From positions 6,414,407-6,478,406 of the forward strand of contig MU058584.1 in NCBI GenBank assembly GCA_013265495.1: a stretch of DNA of 64,000 nt, written 5' to 3'. The notes beneath the pieces were generated by a model, which was not told the DNA's origin, ran no database searches, and saw nothing but the letters and a program-made list of their open reading frames with translations. Shown piece after piece: positions 38,061 to 52,300 of this stretch. Every line of letters starts with the position of its first letter. The first letter of the stretch is position 1. Source of the DNA: Vicugna vicugna (Eukaryota). The position numbers and the translations under genes were made by a program.

Positions 38061-41000
38061 ACTAGATGACTCTCAGTGGCCCATCCATTCACCATGGCAG
38101 TCAACCCATTTGTCTACGGACTTCGATGCTACTCCCCACTGATGGAAGCAGTAAGAGAGTAAAAATAATCATCACCTTAGAAAAACCAAGGGAGCCAGAA
38201 GAAGGCTTCTGACAAATAAGTAACACTTATTAGCCTTTTCTACCTGCCCAGCATTTTGAGAAATATACCATAAAACTCAACAATAAAACTCAATCAATAA
38301 TTAAAGTATTGAAGGAGGAACGAAGGAAGAGAGGGAGGGAAGGAGGGAGAAAGGGAGGGAGGAGGGAAGACACAGAAAGAGGGAAAAAGAGGAAATAAAG
38401 AAGGGAAAAAATGCTGCAAACATATATCGCTATTGCCTCAAGGCTACATGTCTTATGTTTGTTCCCAGGCCTCTTGTGATCATTCTGGCTCAGGCTGGGA
38501 ACAGCCTCAGAGGAGTTCTAAAGTCCCAAAAGGATAGTGGTATTTAGAGCCCAGAAATCTCATAGCACAATCTTCTTCAGAGACCATGCCAAGCCGCCAT
38601 ACATACATCAGAGACATTCTCTCTGCGTCTCTCAGGATAAGAAACTAGATCTGAGATCCTCGAAGACCCCTTCTTGATTTTAACTCAAGGACTGCTCCAC
38701 AATTTTAAAAATCAACTTGGGCTGTGATGTCACACCCTGGAGAGACAGTTTAGAGCAGATAGACCAGGCTTTCCCTTGGCATAATGGAAACCACATGCAC
38801 CATTACGGATTTCTAATGTGCCATTGAGGTGGGTACATGTTGCTTTGAAGAAAAGGAAGCCATTTTCAACCACATTTCTCCTGATTTATGCCCGAGCCCC
38901 AGAAGGTCCAGACAGGTTGGAAAAGATCTGGTAACTGGAGAAGTGGCAGGGGGTGAGAAAGTATACTTTGTAAAAGACTGCAAACTTGCCTCGCACTTTA
39001 AATCCTTGCCTTGGGCAACGTGTGCATTTCAGAGTTTAAATCATGTTAGTCGTTTAAGTCAGATTGAGGGTGAAAGACTACATAGCTCTATGAATTAGAA
39101 CGAGATTGTTTTGGTGAAAACATTTTCTAAGTTGGACAAACATAAATCAGCCCTAACAAGTCACGTGTGATTACAAGCAGGTCTAAACGCCCTTCCCTAT
39201 TATCCACTCATTCTTCTTTCTCTTCTATTTTTTCCAGTTTTTTTTTCTATTTTTTTTTCCAAGCAGAGAAGCAGAAAGAAATGAGGATTAAAAAAAAAAT
39301 GCTGCACTCAGCCCCAAAAGAGTTTAGAATGACTAAGTCCAGAGCACAGGACCAGGCAACTGCACGTGAGGTCAGGAACAGGTAGAATCTGATAGTGGAT
39401 CCAGGAGAGCTTTTCATCAGACAGCAGGGAATGGGAGTCCTAGATGTCAGCACAATGTCCAAGAGCTGGGTCAGCTGTCACCTGGGAGCTGACGGTCCAC
39501 AGGTCTGTTGCTGGGGGACCTCGATGGCTGCATACATGTGCTTCACCTTTCTCCTTCTACTACTCTTTGTCCTATAATCTTCTGGTCCAGGAGATTCTAG
39601 CTGCCCATCTTTTCAGGGTATTCCGGTTTAACCATAGAAAATCTTCATAGTTGTCTTCCTACTGTGAAGCATAGCGTATTTTCTCATGATTGTTTTATTC
39701 TTTATTGCTGTAGCATCAGAAATGGTCTCACTTTTGAATCATGGCTTTATTTCCATTAGCAAATGACTTTCTTCTTCAGGTCCCATCAGAAACAGAATGA
39801 TAACACTGAAACAAGACACCAGGGTTATTTTGCCCTTTTTCAAACATGGTGAACTGGTCAAGTAGGTGTGAAACTTTTGCTCACCAAATCCAGTGGTCTT
39901 GGGGAAAAGCTGTATGTGCCACTATTTCCAGTCTTTATCTATTTTTAAAATTTGGTTTAAATTATCTCCTCTTGCACGTTGTCTGCTATTCGTAAACGTT
40001 TTTATGAGTAAAACCTTCTTACTTTTCTTTGTTATTGCTCATCACAGGTAGCTCACCTTTCCAGTTGGCTGGCACTGTTTTCATATTCCATATCCACTAC
40101 TGCTCTGGTTACTGAGTTCTGAGATCCGATGGAAAACAAGTATTCTGTTTGTGAGCAGCATTCGACCAAGGTTCTGTTAATTGACTGAAATTTCTTGGGT
40201 TTTCCTGAGTCTCAGCATTAGTAAAAAAACAAGACAAAACAAAATAAAAACAGGTCATGACTTCATCTTCAGGAAATTAATTGTCTGCATTACACGTTTT
40301 ATATAGTGCATCAAAGTTTCCATTCATTTACTAAATAAATGACAAGGTCCAATTTGTCTAACTCTTGAGCCATAATCCTCCACAAATGTCTGTTCGTTCA
40401 AAATGATCATATTTTCGAATCAAGTTTACATGAACAAGGCACTCAAGTACTGTGTCAGCAACATGGCAGACATTCATTGTTATGTCCACACTAACAGGTG
40501 CGATTAGTCACATATAAAAATGAAATGAGGTTCAGAAAAATTAAGTGACCCATCCAAGATCCAATGGCTCTAGTGTAAAGGACCCAGATTTAAACTCGTG
40601 TCTGTCTGATCCTAATGCCCTGCTATCTCCTAAATAGATTGTTACATGAATAATTATAGCAACTTCTAGCCAAACTGAACCTCAGAGCTCTTAGGTACTG
40701 ATTTCCTTGGATATTCCTGACAATCAGTTAAGACTGACAAAGCTTTTTTTGTGACTTCTATTTTATAGCTGAGGAAATGGAGGCTCAAGAGGTCACGTGA
40801 TTTATCGAAGATCCCAGGCTCCTGATTCCTACTCCAGGGCTTTTTTTTTTTTTTTGTACATCTTACTGCATCCTGAGGCTTCCTTCGGGGTATCACCTTT
40901 GCCTCCTCCCCTCCTTCTCCCTGTAGTGCTTGTGAGCCCACAGTGGATGATGGAGATGGAGATAATCACATTCATGCCCTATTATACACACAATGAAGCT

Positions 41001-42194
41001 GTGCATGGTTTTTCTATGAAAAGATATCATTGCTCCCACCTTATGATTTATACATATGGCCTCTTTTTTTTTTTTTCCTCCCCCACCTGATTAACAGATA
41101 TACTCTTCAGGGTAAATGAACAGAAATGAATAAATATTAGGTCTTGAAATTATGCACTTCACCTACCTTAGTGTGAGCCTAAGAGTAAAGTTGTTTGGAT
41201 TTCTCAGAATAGGAGATGGTTTCAAGAGATTTAATCCACCAGAGTGATCTCCTTTGATAAATTTCATTGAACATACATTTCTTGAATACCTACCGTATGT
41301 CAAGTGCTTTGATGCTGGAGATACATCAATGAAAATCAACAAAAATCGATCCTTGGGTTGATTGAAAAAAGGTATATTGATAGGTGGGAAGGAGGGTGGG
41401 TGAGAGAAGGGGAAATAAATGAACAGCAGTGTATAATGTCCATTTTTTACTTTTGTGTATCCATAAGAAAATATGTTCAAATTTGTGTCTATGAACTAGA
41501 ATAAAGCAGTAGTAATAGACATACTGACAATAAGATACATGTTGAACCTCGAATCATGTGTCCTGTGTGAATTCTGAAATTTTATTGCTATTATTCATTA
41601 TTTTTATCTTAAAATAATCATCATTCTTCTAACTACTCAAAGCAAGGATTAGGGAGAAAAGAAAATCATAAGATTATGATAGGAATTTTTATGATAAAAC
41701 AAAGTTGACAAGCAGAGCTGGGTGGACTTTTGCACTCTTGTGGCTAAGTTGTGAGGACCATGTGTATGACTGCAGTTGGATTGTATCAGTCTCTTTGGTG
41801 TACAGACACTCACACCGATCACCTGGGCAGGCCCTTCAGGTGTTCCAGGACCTAGAAATTATGATGCAGGTAATTCAAGCTTCAAGGAAGAAGTCACTGG
41901 TTCTGCCCTCAGTCTTACTTAGCTGTTACACTGTTTGCTCTTTCCTGTAGTCACTTTCTTCTCAAGCTTAATAATCACGAATAATTTCTCAAGCATAATT
42001 TGAAGAGTATCTGGAAGCTGCCTTTCACTAAGTAGAGGGCTTAAAATAAGGAGCTTTACCCTTAGGATATATCTTTTCGTGTGTCAAGTTCCCAATCTCA
42101 TTTTACCCAGAGCTGTCATCTGAGAAACATTTAGCTTTGAGCTTCAGAGACCTAGTTAAGAAAGCTTGATGTCATGCTGTTTTATGGTCATTTC

Positions 42195-42438
42195 CTTTCC
42201 TTTTTGGGGGGGGGATTTCTTACATAGTTTTTCAACATTTATCATGTTTTATTTATTTTTTAGTATTTATTTATTTTACATTGTCTTTTTTGGGTGTGGG
42301 AGGGTAACCAGGGATGTATGTATGTATGTAATGTATTTATGTATTTATTTATTTATTTACAGAGGCACTGGGGATTGAACCCAGGACTTCGTGCATGCTA
42401 AGCACACACCCTACCACTGAGCTATACCTTCCGCCCCG
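42195..42438 (-). mobile_element. tRNA-Ala-derived SINE (camelid Vic-1-like)
   Basis: Minus strand reads ggtatagctcagtggtag...gcttagcatgcacgaagtcctgggttcaatccccagt, then an (AAAT)n tail; 12-bp TSD TATG(G/A)TCATTTC at 42183-42194 and 42439-42450. Confidence 0.85.
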
Positions 42439-45400
42439 TATGATCATTTCTAAGGGAAATGGAGTATCTCATGGATTGATTACTGGGCTTAGGATATACG
42501 AAAATAAATGATAAAGTAGAGTAGAGCTGACAGTACCTCCCATTAGCAGATGGGCCTCACAGCTGTCACACTGTGCCCTCCAGTGCACGGCATGCACACG
42601 GCCGGTGTGCACAGCAAACAGCAAGCACACTGTGGCGAGCTCGTGTATAATGCAATTAGTCGTTCTAACTCAACGACTGCGTTATAAAAGTTGGCTTCGG
42701 TCCAACTTGTATTCCAGAACATTGATCCCTTCCCTCCGTCCTCCCCTTTCCCAGATTTCCAAATAGCTCTAAAGGTTTGAAGAGGAGCCTCACAAAGTCT
42801 TCTGAACAAGGTCTCTCCAGCCCCCGTGTTCCACCCAACATACACGCTCCTCCTCTATTTATCTTTAGTGACTTCCCTGCAAAGGTGCTTCCTCACAACC
42901 ACTCAGGCTGGCTGCTTCCTGCCGCTGAGGGACCACCCCGTGCCCACACTGTCCAGCAGGACTGCCCATCTGAGTATGTGGAGACCTCTCCTCCCCCTGC
43001 CCTCATAGATGGATATTTGTGCCTCCGTCTGCTACCAGGATCTGAAAGAGGAGCTGTCTAGCATTCCCAACTGCTCAGAGGGATTTCTTACTCATACACC
43101 TTTTTATTCCCCTAAGATTCAGACAGAAGTCCATGGCGGTTGTTGAAAAGACTAGTGGTCTCAGAAGACTTCCTCCTGCCCTCCACTCTTCACTCAGGAC
43201 TCCTAGAAAACAGATCCTGAGGCAAGGGTGCACTGATGATGCTTTGCCTGGGAAGTCAGATCGAGTGAGGAAGAAGGGAGGGAGGGAGGGAGGAAGGGGG
43301 TAGGAAGCACAAACGCGCTGGCCAGTGCTTTGCCGCAGTGGTGAAGAGACACAGCCGATCGCACTGCAGGTGTTCCGGCAGGCACGTCCGCAGACAGACC
43401 ATACTAAGCAATAAAGCTCCGGAGCAGTCCAAGGGTGTGAGGAAGAGGAGGAAGTTGATCTGGCCAGCTTCCACTGAGTGCCCTTTCTCGCTGGCTGAAG
43501 TCTGCCCTGTGGGGTGGAGCTCCCCACCTTCCTGGCTTACTTCACCTCCGGAGGCTGCTGGCATGTCACGTGCCGCCGGGGGCTGTGCAGTCTGCCTGCG
43601 GGGTGGTGTCCTGTTTTATCCAAGTCTGAAAGTGGTGGGACGAGGCAGAAACATGTGGACACATGACTGGCAGCTGAGGGGGAGAACTTGGCATCACAAG
43701 GCAACTGACGGCTCACTGCAGCAGGTGAGCCACGGGGGGCGGGGTGAGGATCCAGAAGATGGGAGGCTCCGAGGTAACCTAGAGATTTGCTTAGAATGAG
43801 TCAGGTTACCCGCTCTTTCTCCACAGTCCTGTGCGCATTCACCCCACCCCCACCTCGGATTCCATAATTTAGCACAAGACTTGTTTTGCTTTGAGGTTTG
43901 TGCCATATAAACACGGTCCATTAACTTTTGACAAGGTGTCAGGTATGAAGCAATTATGAGGCCGCTGATCATCTCTTTTCAGCAGAACTGAAGGGCTAAT
44001 ATGAAGAGTTTTAACTGAATAATATCTCTCAGGGACTTGTTACATACTGTCTTGAAATATGAAAAAAAAAAGGTACCTGATGTCTTCTATAATCAAGATG
44101 GCACGACGAAAACTGAGGATACTAATAACCTAGAAAAACGAATTTTTATCCTGAAGACACTGCAGCCGCCTCTAAAGAGAAGCAAAATGGATGCCCAAAT
44201 GTAAATAAACTAAAATAAAAACCAATTCGCCCTGAGAGACGGGATTGCTTAGCTCATCCGGTGGAATGAACAGTGGTTTTTCGTTTGCTTGGGTCTTTTT
44301 AGTTTGTTGTATTGTTATGGTTTTAACTTCTCCATGGTTGGGGCTCAAGTAATTTTCTTCTTTTCTATTATAAGTTGCTGGCAGCCTGGTAAAGATTTGG
44401 TTTCATTCTAATGTTTAGGGAAAAATCATCTTCCTGTTCCATATTCGAAGATAAAAATACCTCCCAGCTAAAGAGATGGTCAGTGCCAGGGCCAGGTCCC
44501 TTTTCAAGAATTTCCTTCCTGGACTTGGCCCTTCAACATCCGAAATAACAGTTGTTTTTCAGCTTTTCTGAAATGAAAATATTTACCAGCAGGGTTTGGT
44601 TTTGTGACATCGCATCCTTTCCTTTGGCCTGCTGGGATCCGTTACATCAGACTGGCTGATGGTGAGGGGGTGCGGGGGAGCCAGAAGGAAACTTCTGTGG
44701 GTAAGGAAGGAGGGAAGGAGAGAGTGAGCAAGAAAGTGGAACAAGCCATGACTGTTTGCCATGCATCCCGGAATTTCAAAACAGGCCACAAGACTCAGTA
44801 TGCAAACAGAGAGGAAACGTGTATCAGATGAAACGCCCACACTTTGATCTTTCTTAGAGTGTAACTCTTTTTGGCAAAAACCATTTCCCCTCCGTGTCCA
44901 TCACAGAGATGAATTTGCCGCTGCCAATCAGTAAGGATGAAACAGTAACAGTGACAATGATGTTAACACCTTCCAGTGGGAAAACAGCGTTGGGAATGTG
45001 CATACAATCTGGGTCTGGCTTGGTTTCGTATCTAAAGAGGGATCTGGCAAGATAACTAAACGCTTCTGTCTACTTCCCTTCCACCCTAGCCAAACCCTAC
45101 TGAGCAAAATAAACTGATATCAGAGGAATGTGGCAGGATACCAAGTGATAGCCTCTCAAGTTAATGTATAAGCAGGGCAAAATTAGCCCTTCTGGAGGAT
45201 ACGTTCTAGCTCAACACCTAATGCATCTAGAGTTAGGGCTGAGTAACGCTAATACCAGGGATGGTGTTGAGATGGGATGAGGCCATGAGGGGTAGGGAGG
45301 TCATGTCATTGGATTTTGTTGTTTTCTGACAAGAGTGACATCCTCCGGGGACAGAAAGCAAAACCCTGATCCCAAATGTCAGCACTTCTCATGGAACAAG

Positions 45401-45755
45401 TCAGTTTACAGCGGGACATTTTCACCTGTGGCCCCACCTCCAGAATGAGCTGATATTTGTTACATCTTCCTTCTTGGAAGGAACTATCCTTAGAGATGAA
45501 GAAGGATTATCATTTGATAAGAGAGGAAGGTGGACCTCACTTTTAAAGAGAATTCATTATGTGTCAGGGACTCAGCAAGATGCTTTCAAATTTTCTTTCC
45601 TTTAGTCTTTGTGATAACTTTGTCCGGTTCTGTTATTATCCACAATTTGGAAATGAGCAAAGTATGGATTAAGAAGCACAAAAATTAAGCATCTTGTCTC
45701 AGGTAAGAGAGAAACTATAATAAGAACCATGAGAACAAACCCTAGATATGTCTCT

Positions 45756-46141
45756 GTAATGGACGCTGTGGTGCACTGCCCGGATGATTGTTCAGGACTG
45801 AGGAACCCCTTCCTCCAGCTGTGGAAAGTGACGGCTGCTAATGGCTTACTGGAGATTCTCTCTCCAGGAGTTGCCCGAGGCTAAAGGGAGTGGCTTTGCC
45901 AAAGGTTGTACCCCCTTCCTGGGAGGCAGCCTACAACCAAAGACCAAGAGTTGTGGGGTACAAAAAACTGGCCCTCAACTCCCTACAGGGTTGACCGAGG
46001 CCTCTATTGTGTTTGGATCACAACCTAACCCCTCGGTCTGCCCAGTCCTGCTTCCTGGACCACGTGCAGTTCTTGTCCTCAAACATATTCTCCAATAAAC
46101 TTTTCCACACACATCTCCATCCCAGAGTCTGACCTATGACA
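45756..46141 (+). mobile_element. LTR16-like ERVL solo LTR
   Basis: tgtaatggacgctgtggtgcactgccc...caataaacttttccacacacatctccatcccagagtctg...tatgaca. Confidence 0.7.
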
Positions 46142-47026
46142 GCCTTCTGGAATGCGCATTAAAGTGAAAAAAACAAAACCAAAAGCAATTTAAATGCCAG
46201 GACACAGGAAAAAACAAAAAGATAAACAAACAAAGAAAACCCCGCCTCATCATGTCAATACAGTGGCATGAGTGTTCCGTGAAGGCGTATCTAGAAGTAA
46301 TGTTCTTGTTCCAGAAGAATTTCATAAATCAGAGGATTTTACTCTCTTCAGAACCCAAGTGAATGTTAAGGAGTCTATCTCTTTCATCTTATTTCCATCC
46401 ATCTTCATATTATAATTTAAAAAATAAATGAGGCTTTGAAAAAGTAATCACCCCAGCTATTGGGTAGATCAGGACCTTGTGTTGAATCTAAGACATCACT
46501 ATGAAACACAGAGCCAACGTCATATTTAACTTCAATTTGATTAATTAAAATGCTTTTATTTTACATATTAGGTGCAAGAAGTACTTAACTTAGGAATGCT
46601 AGGCTCTTTCATCCCAATTTTAGAGTTAGTGATACACAACGATCGTCTTTAAAAATGTAATAAAGCAACTCAATCCCATGGAAGCAAACAGTAACCCCTA
46701 CTTTAAGTGGATCTTACTTGATTCTATTTTAGCCAAGTAGTGTCTGTTAGACATAATTCACACAGCTTGAAGCTATGCATTCTCTCTCTGCCATCCTGTG
46801 CTAATTTTAAATTTCAGCCTATTACATGATAAATTGTTTATTCTCCTTAAAAGGAACAACTTCAAGTGCGCCTTCCAGAGCCCTGGGAGTTCTCTTTTTC
46901 CTTCAATTAGCTTAGTTTATAAATGGGGATGATGGAAACTGAAAGAAGATGCAGTTGCAGAAGGGAAAATTTTCCCTTTCATGATTCTGCTCTTCCCCCA
47001 GTATGCGCACATGGGAGTGTGTGCGT

Positions 47027-47027
<1 letters not shown>

Positions 47028-47059
<32 letters not shown>
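47028..47059. repeat. (CA)n microsatellite
   Basis: Directly visible. Confidence 0.95.
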
Positions 47060-47060
<1 letters not shown>

Positions 47061-48059
47061 CACACCCATCTTCCATCCAGAGGTTAAAGGACCATGGCCT
47101 TTTGTTTCATGGGATGGATTAACATTGCTGGGCCGCTCAGAGGGAGAAAGGAGTTTCCAAGCTGTTACACGCTGGACGTGTTGAGAGTGCGTGGTTATGT
47201 AACACCATATTTTTTAATACAACTGACAGTCTGTCTTCAGATTTAAGTGTTTTTTGACAGTTTTTATGCACCTGTTAATTCAAAGCTCTTAACATATGCC
47301 AGTTAAAAAGAGCCAGGCACTAAAACATCTAGCTTTAGAGGCTAAATATGGCTCAGCTGCAACCCCAGGCAGGCATACGGGCGGGAGGCAGGCAGGCGGA
47401 CGGAAACCGTTCCTTCCTCCAAGATGGAAATCAGCTGTAGCCTCCTCTCTGCGACCTGAACAAACCATTTCTAGGTGGGGCGATTGGAAATACGAAATAC
47501 CATTTGATTTCCCGGGGAACCGTTATCATAGCCAACGCAGGTCTTCAGCATGGTTGGTTACTCTGGAAAACATTCTGTTGTGTTAAATGGAGGACTCAGG
47601 ATTTGGAAAGGCCTTTATGTCCATCGTGGAGTCTGCGAGAAGAGCTGTCCATCTGTTCTCTGCTCCACACCTCCCCTCCATACCCATCTACCCACACCCA
47701 GCAGAACGGAGGACAAATTCCCGAAGTTTTCCAAACCTAACTCCATGGTTTTTAAGGACTAAGGCCATGTATTCCCCTATGAAACAAAGAGCAATATTTC
47801 TGGTGTAAAGAAAGAAATAGTTCTCATCAGCCTGAAACAAGGATGATTGAAGGATATTCACCTTAGCACTAGTCACGTGCCAAAAGATAAATGATCTCTC
47901 TTTGCATTCGAAAAGCACCTTGTACTCAGAGCACTAAAGCAGCATAGAGCAGAAGATAAATACGCGTGTGCTTTTATTGTTCTCTGAGACTCTGTGGAGC
48001 AAGGTGTGGATGTGATACATTTCAAACATCTGGTACATTCCACTCCTGAGGCTACAGAA

Positions 48060-48425
48060 CAATGCTGTCCAACAGAAATGCAGTGCAAGCTGCAAACATT
48101 AAGTCTATGCCTATGTAATTTAAAATTTTCTAGTAGTCACATTTTAAAAAGTAAAAATAAACAGGTAAAATAATTTTAATATTTATTTAACCAATATCCA
48201 AAATATTAGCACTTCAATGTGTAATTAATGAGAAATTATATATATATATATAAATTTTATTTATATATTTTATATATATATACACATAAATATATATCTT
48301 TTTTTTGGTACAAAGCCTTTGAAATCCAGTGTATATTCTGCACTCACAGTACATCTCAGTTTGGACTAGCCACATTAACCACATTTCAAGTTCTTAATAC
48401 CCACAGGTAGCAAGTGCAGTTCTAA
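48060..48425. mobile_element. MER33-like hAT DNA transposon with internal (TA)n expansion
   Basis: gctgtccaacagaaat...aaaattttctagtagtcacatt...cagtacatctcagtttggactagccacatt. Confidence 0.75.
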
Positions 48426-49220
48426 AACGTTGGTCACGAAAATGTTCCAATGAATGAAAAATAACATTTAATGACCCTGGGGAATATTACCAGAAATTGG
48501 ACAACGGCCAGGGAACCTGTAGAGAATTCACCAGCTTCTTTTCTTTTTCACCCTGTCTTACAACACATTTTGTTTCATGAAGTTGTTTGAACATCCCTCT
48601 CTATTTCACAGTGATATTCATCGGATTCAAGTAAATAACTGTAGAAAAACTGCACTATGAAAAAGTGGAATGAGTTACCTAGACGGAAGAGTGAATTTCA
48701 CAGAGTATTTGAGCAGCATCTAAGCCATCATCTGTAGTGTTGCTATGGTGTAACGCTGTGAACCATGTGGTTGAATGGCATAAGGCAGTACACACAGCAG
48801 TTAAGAGTTTGGAATTTACAGCCAAGTGGATCTGAGATTATATCTCATCTCTACTGTGTGGATGACAGTTTTACCATTTTGAGACTCAATTCTCTCATTT
48901 GTAAAACAGGAATAACTACTTCATCAAAGTCTGTGAAATAAATGAAAGGATGTATCTATCACTCTTACCCAGTGTTCAAAAAGGTATCATGATTATGATT
49001 AGTATAGCATAAGAAAACCGCCTACAGATATTTGGTACTTAAGACAGATGACACAGCATATTGAGCATTTAAGACATTGTTGCTCATGTCTCCCTTAACT
49101 TCTACACCTACTCTAATCCACCTTGGTATGGCAAGGTCATCAGTTGTTAAAAGGGATATCAAATCGTCTTCACAATGATTTGCAACAAAAATGACTCACT
49201 TCAAAACTTGATGTTTTATT

Positions 49221-49344
49221 GAGAGGGAGAGTATAGCACAGTGGTAGAGCGAGTGCTTAGCATGCACAAGGTCCTGGGTTCAATTCCCAGTATCTCCATT
49301 AAAATAAATAAACCTAGTTACCCCCTCCCCCAAATAAATAGATG
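49221..49344 (+). mobile_element. tRNA-Ala-derived SINE (camelid Vic-1-like)
   Basis: gtatagcacagtggtagagcgagtgcttagcatgcacaaggtcctgggttcaattcccagtatctcca plus A-rich tail; degenerate flanking direct repeat aaa(c/a)ttg(a/g)tgtttt(a/g)tt. Confidence 0.85.
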
Positions 49345-52300
49345 AAAATTGGTGTTTTGTTTTATTTTGGAGACAGAAGAAAGAACTAACTTTCATTGAG
49401 TGTTGAGGGTTTTGTTTTTGTTTCTTCACCCTGTTTTAACACTTTGTTTTTTAAGTGTACCAAGCACTTTCTCCATCTTTTCTTAAAAATCCCTTCGGGT
49501 GGTGTTCATACTGAGGATCAGGGAAGTCCAGGGAACGTGGTGAATATGTAGTGCAGTTAATGTGTGAGTAAACTTTCACTCCTTGAGGATCTAACTCCTG
49601 ATGGAAACAATACTGGAAACTAGTACACATAAGATGAAACAGATATTCAAGAGACTTCTCTCAGAGGATGCTACACCAATGTTCTCAGGGCAACGTTGGT
49701 GCCCACCCTAGAGGTGGAAGCCATCCACACGCTTCTCCAGTGACTTTCCAGGAATGTCTACCCCAATACAACTAGTTTAAGGTTGATGGCGAGAAAGGGG
49801 CGGAGGGGTGGAGTGTCAAGGAAGAAGAACGGAAAGTAAATACTTGAACGCTACTCTTTTGGACAATCATTTATGATTGGTCACTGTCAGCATCTTTAGA
49901 ACATGTCTTCCAAGGAATAAACAAAAGAACAAAAGCCCCTGGCAGCTGTTCTGAAGATCTTTGCTTCATCGAGTCGAATCTTTGTAGCCTTGCAGAGAGA
50001 GGTCCAAACGAGTGTCCGTACTGTGGCCCTGGTTTTCAGAGTGGTCAAAATTCCCCAGCTTTGATTCTGGGACAGAAAGGAATAATCCGGCTCAAACTGC
50101 ATTTGCATTTCTTATCTAAAGGGTATTCAATTTAGTTTAAACACACTTCCGTGTTTGCCTTACGTTTTCTCATTCCAGAAGAACTGTTTCTACAAATGGT
50201 GGATAATTACCCAGTCCCGGTCAAAGGTGACAGGGAAATTAGCATCACAATGGCAAGTTTTCTTTCTGGGTGTCGCCAGCTCGCCCATTTCCACGGATGA
50301 TTTGAGTGTGTTAAGCCTCCGTTTACAAGCAGGAAAGCTCAGCAGAGCTCATGAGGACAGCATTAAAAATTCCTAACCATAGGCAAGCATTTCAGACATT
50401 CATTACCACGCAAGCCATCAGTGGATTAGATCTAATAAGCCAAATACTTGCAGACCTCAGCCCTGGGGCTGCTTGGACTATTCAAAGTAACACAGAGTCA
50501 AATGCGCCCCCGTTCCATCCTCCCCTCTTTTGAAACAAGTCAATGGTCCTCTATCTCCTCATGAGGGGGTGTTAGGGCACTAGCTGAAAGGGGTTTAGCA
50601 CTTTATTTGGTAAGAGGCAGTAGGAAGTCATAGACTTATTCAGCACACAAAAACACATTTTTAAAAACTGCATTAAGTTGGAAGAGGAAGATCTTTGAGG
50701 GGAAGATACGGGTGTTCTCTCCACTCCTCTACAAGAAGGAAAATAACTCATCTTTGTCAGTAAAAAGAAATTGCAAAATATTCTTGCAGAAATAAAAATG
50801 AAAAACTACACACACACATGAATTTCTGAGCTAGATGCCAAGTACTGCTCCGAAACCATGTGAATTTTTCTCTCGTGCGTTTGTCAGCCTGACTCCAAAC
50901 CGTTTTATTCTTTCCTCGTTTCTCCTCTCTGTTCTGTCTGTTTTCAGTTAGTTGCTTCTTGGCATAGCTTCTGTTGGAGCCCGGAGTGCTTGTTCTTTCT
51001 TCTTCTCTTCCCCCCACCCTCTTCTTTTTCTTTCCTTTCCTTTTAAAACTTCTCTTTTAGCGTTCGTTCTTCTGGGCTCTGCAGTGACTCTGCTCTAATT
51101 GCCAAGACCAGAGCAAACAGAAGGCGTGTCTCGGGAGCCCACTGTGTCCACCTCCATCAGGTCCAAAACAACTTGTAAAGAGCTGTTCCAGGAGGGGCAG
51201 AGATAAGAGTCGCGAATGCAAACACATGCTGCCCCTGACTCACTTCTCTGCAAGAGTCTGCAGCTCCCCAAAAGCTCCCCTTGTGGGCAGACTTCCCGGT
51301 GTCGCCATTTTGTGTCGAGGACTTCCTACCCAAGAGTCCTCCAGGTGGCATTTGCTTTTAAGAACTATTTTTTTTTTTTTGAGACCCAGAGAGTAGAGGT
51401 TACTACATTCCTTTATTTACAGAACTCCATTACATTTTATGGGATCTTGTTTTTAACTGGCTTTGTCACAATATGTTTCAAGTTGTAGAAAAATGAAACA
51501 GAATCACAGGAGCCATGCAGCCACACTTAGACCTGAAAAGAAGGTGGTTGTTTTTCTGTAAATTTAAGCAAACAAATTTTGTATGCATATGGAGTAAGTT
51601 TTTTTTTAAAGCATCATGAATCCACGGAATAGAAAATGAAACACACCATCAGGGCACATCTTTGTCCTCATTCTTTCTGCTTGGGAAGCTGGAATGGATT
51701 TAGCTGGTATTATTGATTCTAGCAATGTGGGGTCAGACTCTGGAAAGGACACTCATAAGTGTGTTTCAGATCAAGAAGATAAAAAAAATAAAAGAAAGAA
51801 AAAAGACAAATAAGTGTCTTTTACAAATTGAGAGTTACTTAAACTTGAATCTGCCCTATAGGCTAATAGGACAAGAGAAGCAGGACTATTCCTGTCTAAC
51901 GCTTCCCAAGTTCATGAACATTCTGCTTCTTTGAAAGACTTCATGTGAAGCATGAAACCCATTCTGTCTTCAGGTAAAACTTGAAATGAGATTTTTTCCC
52001 TAACACTTTTTTTCCAAAGAGACATAGAAACACAGAGTCATTTGCTGAAGACGTCCATAGGACTTATGAACAAAATCTAAATCTCCACTGTGTATAGAAT
52101 TTTTTAAAATAGTCATGTTAATTTCAGGAGACAAAAATAAAGGAATCAACACACACACAAGTGCAAAGACTGATGTGGGAGAGGATCATCTGAGATATAA
52201 AATGAAAGATATGTATTGAAATGACTTGGCTTAGCTACTAGGAAGAAAAAATGTTCAAACTTTACCCTCTTTAAATATGCAGCCTGGAGAATGTCAATCC

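Noticed and set aside
49226..49298. Apparent tRNA-Ala(AGC) gene, also near 42360-42432 on the minus strand
   Set aside because: Stem-disrupting substitutions, A-rich tails and TSDs show these are SINE copies.
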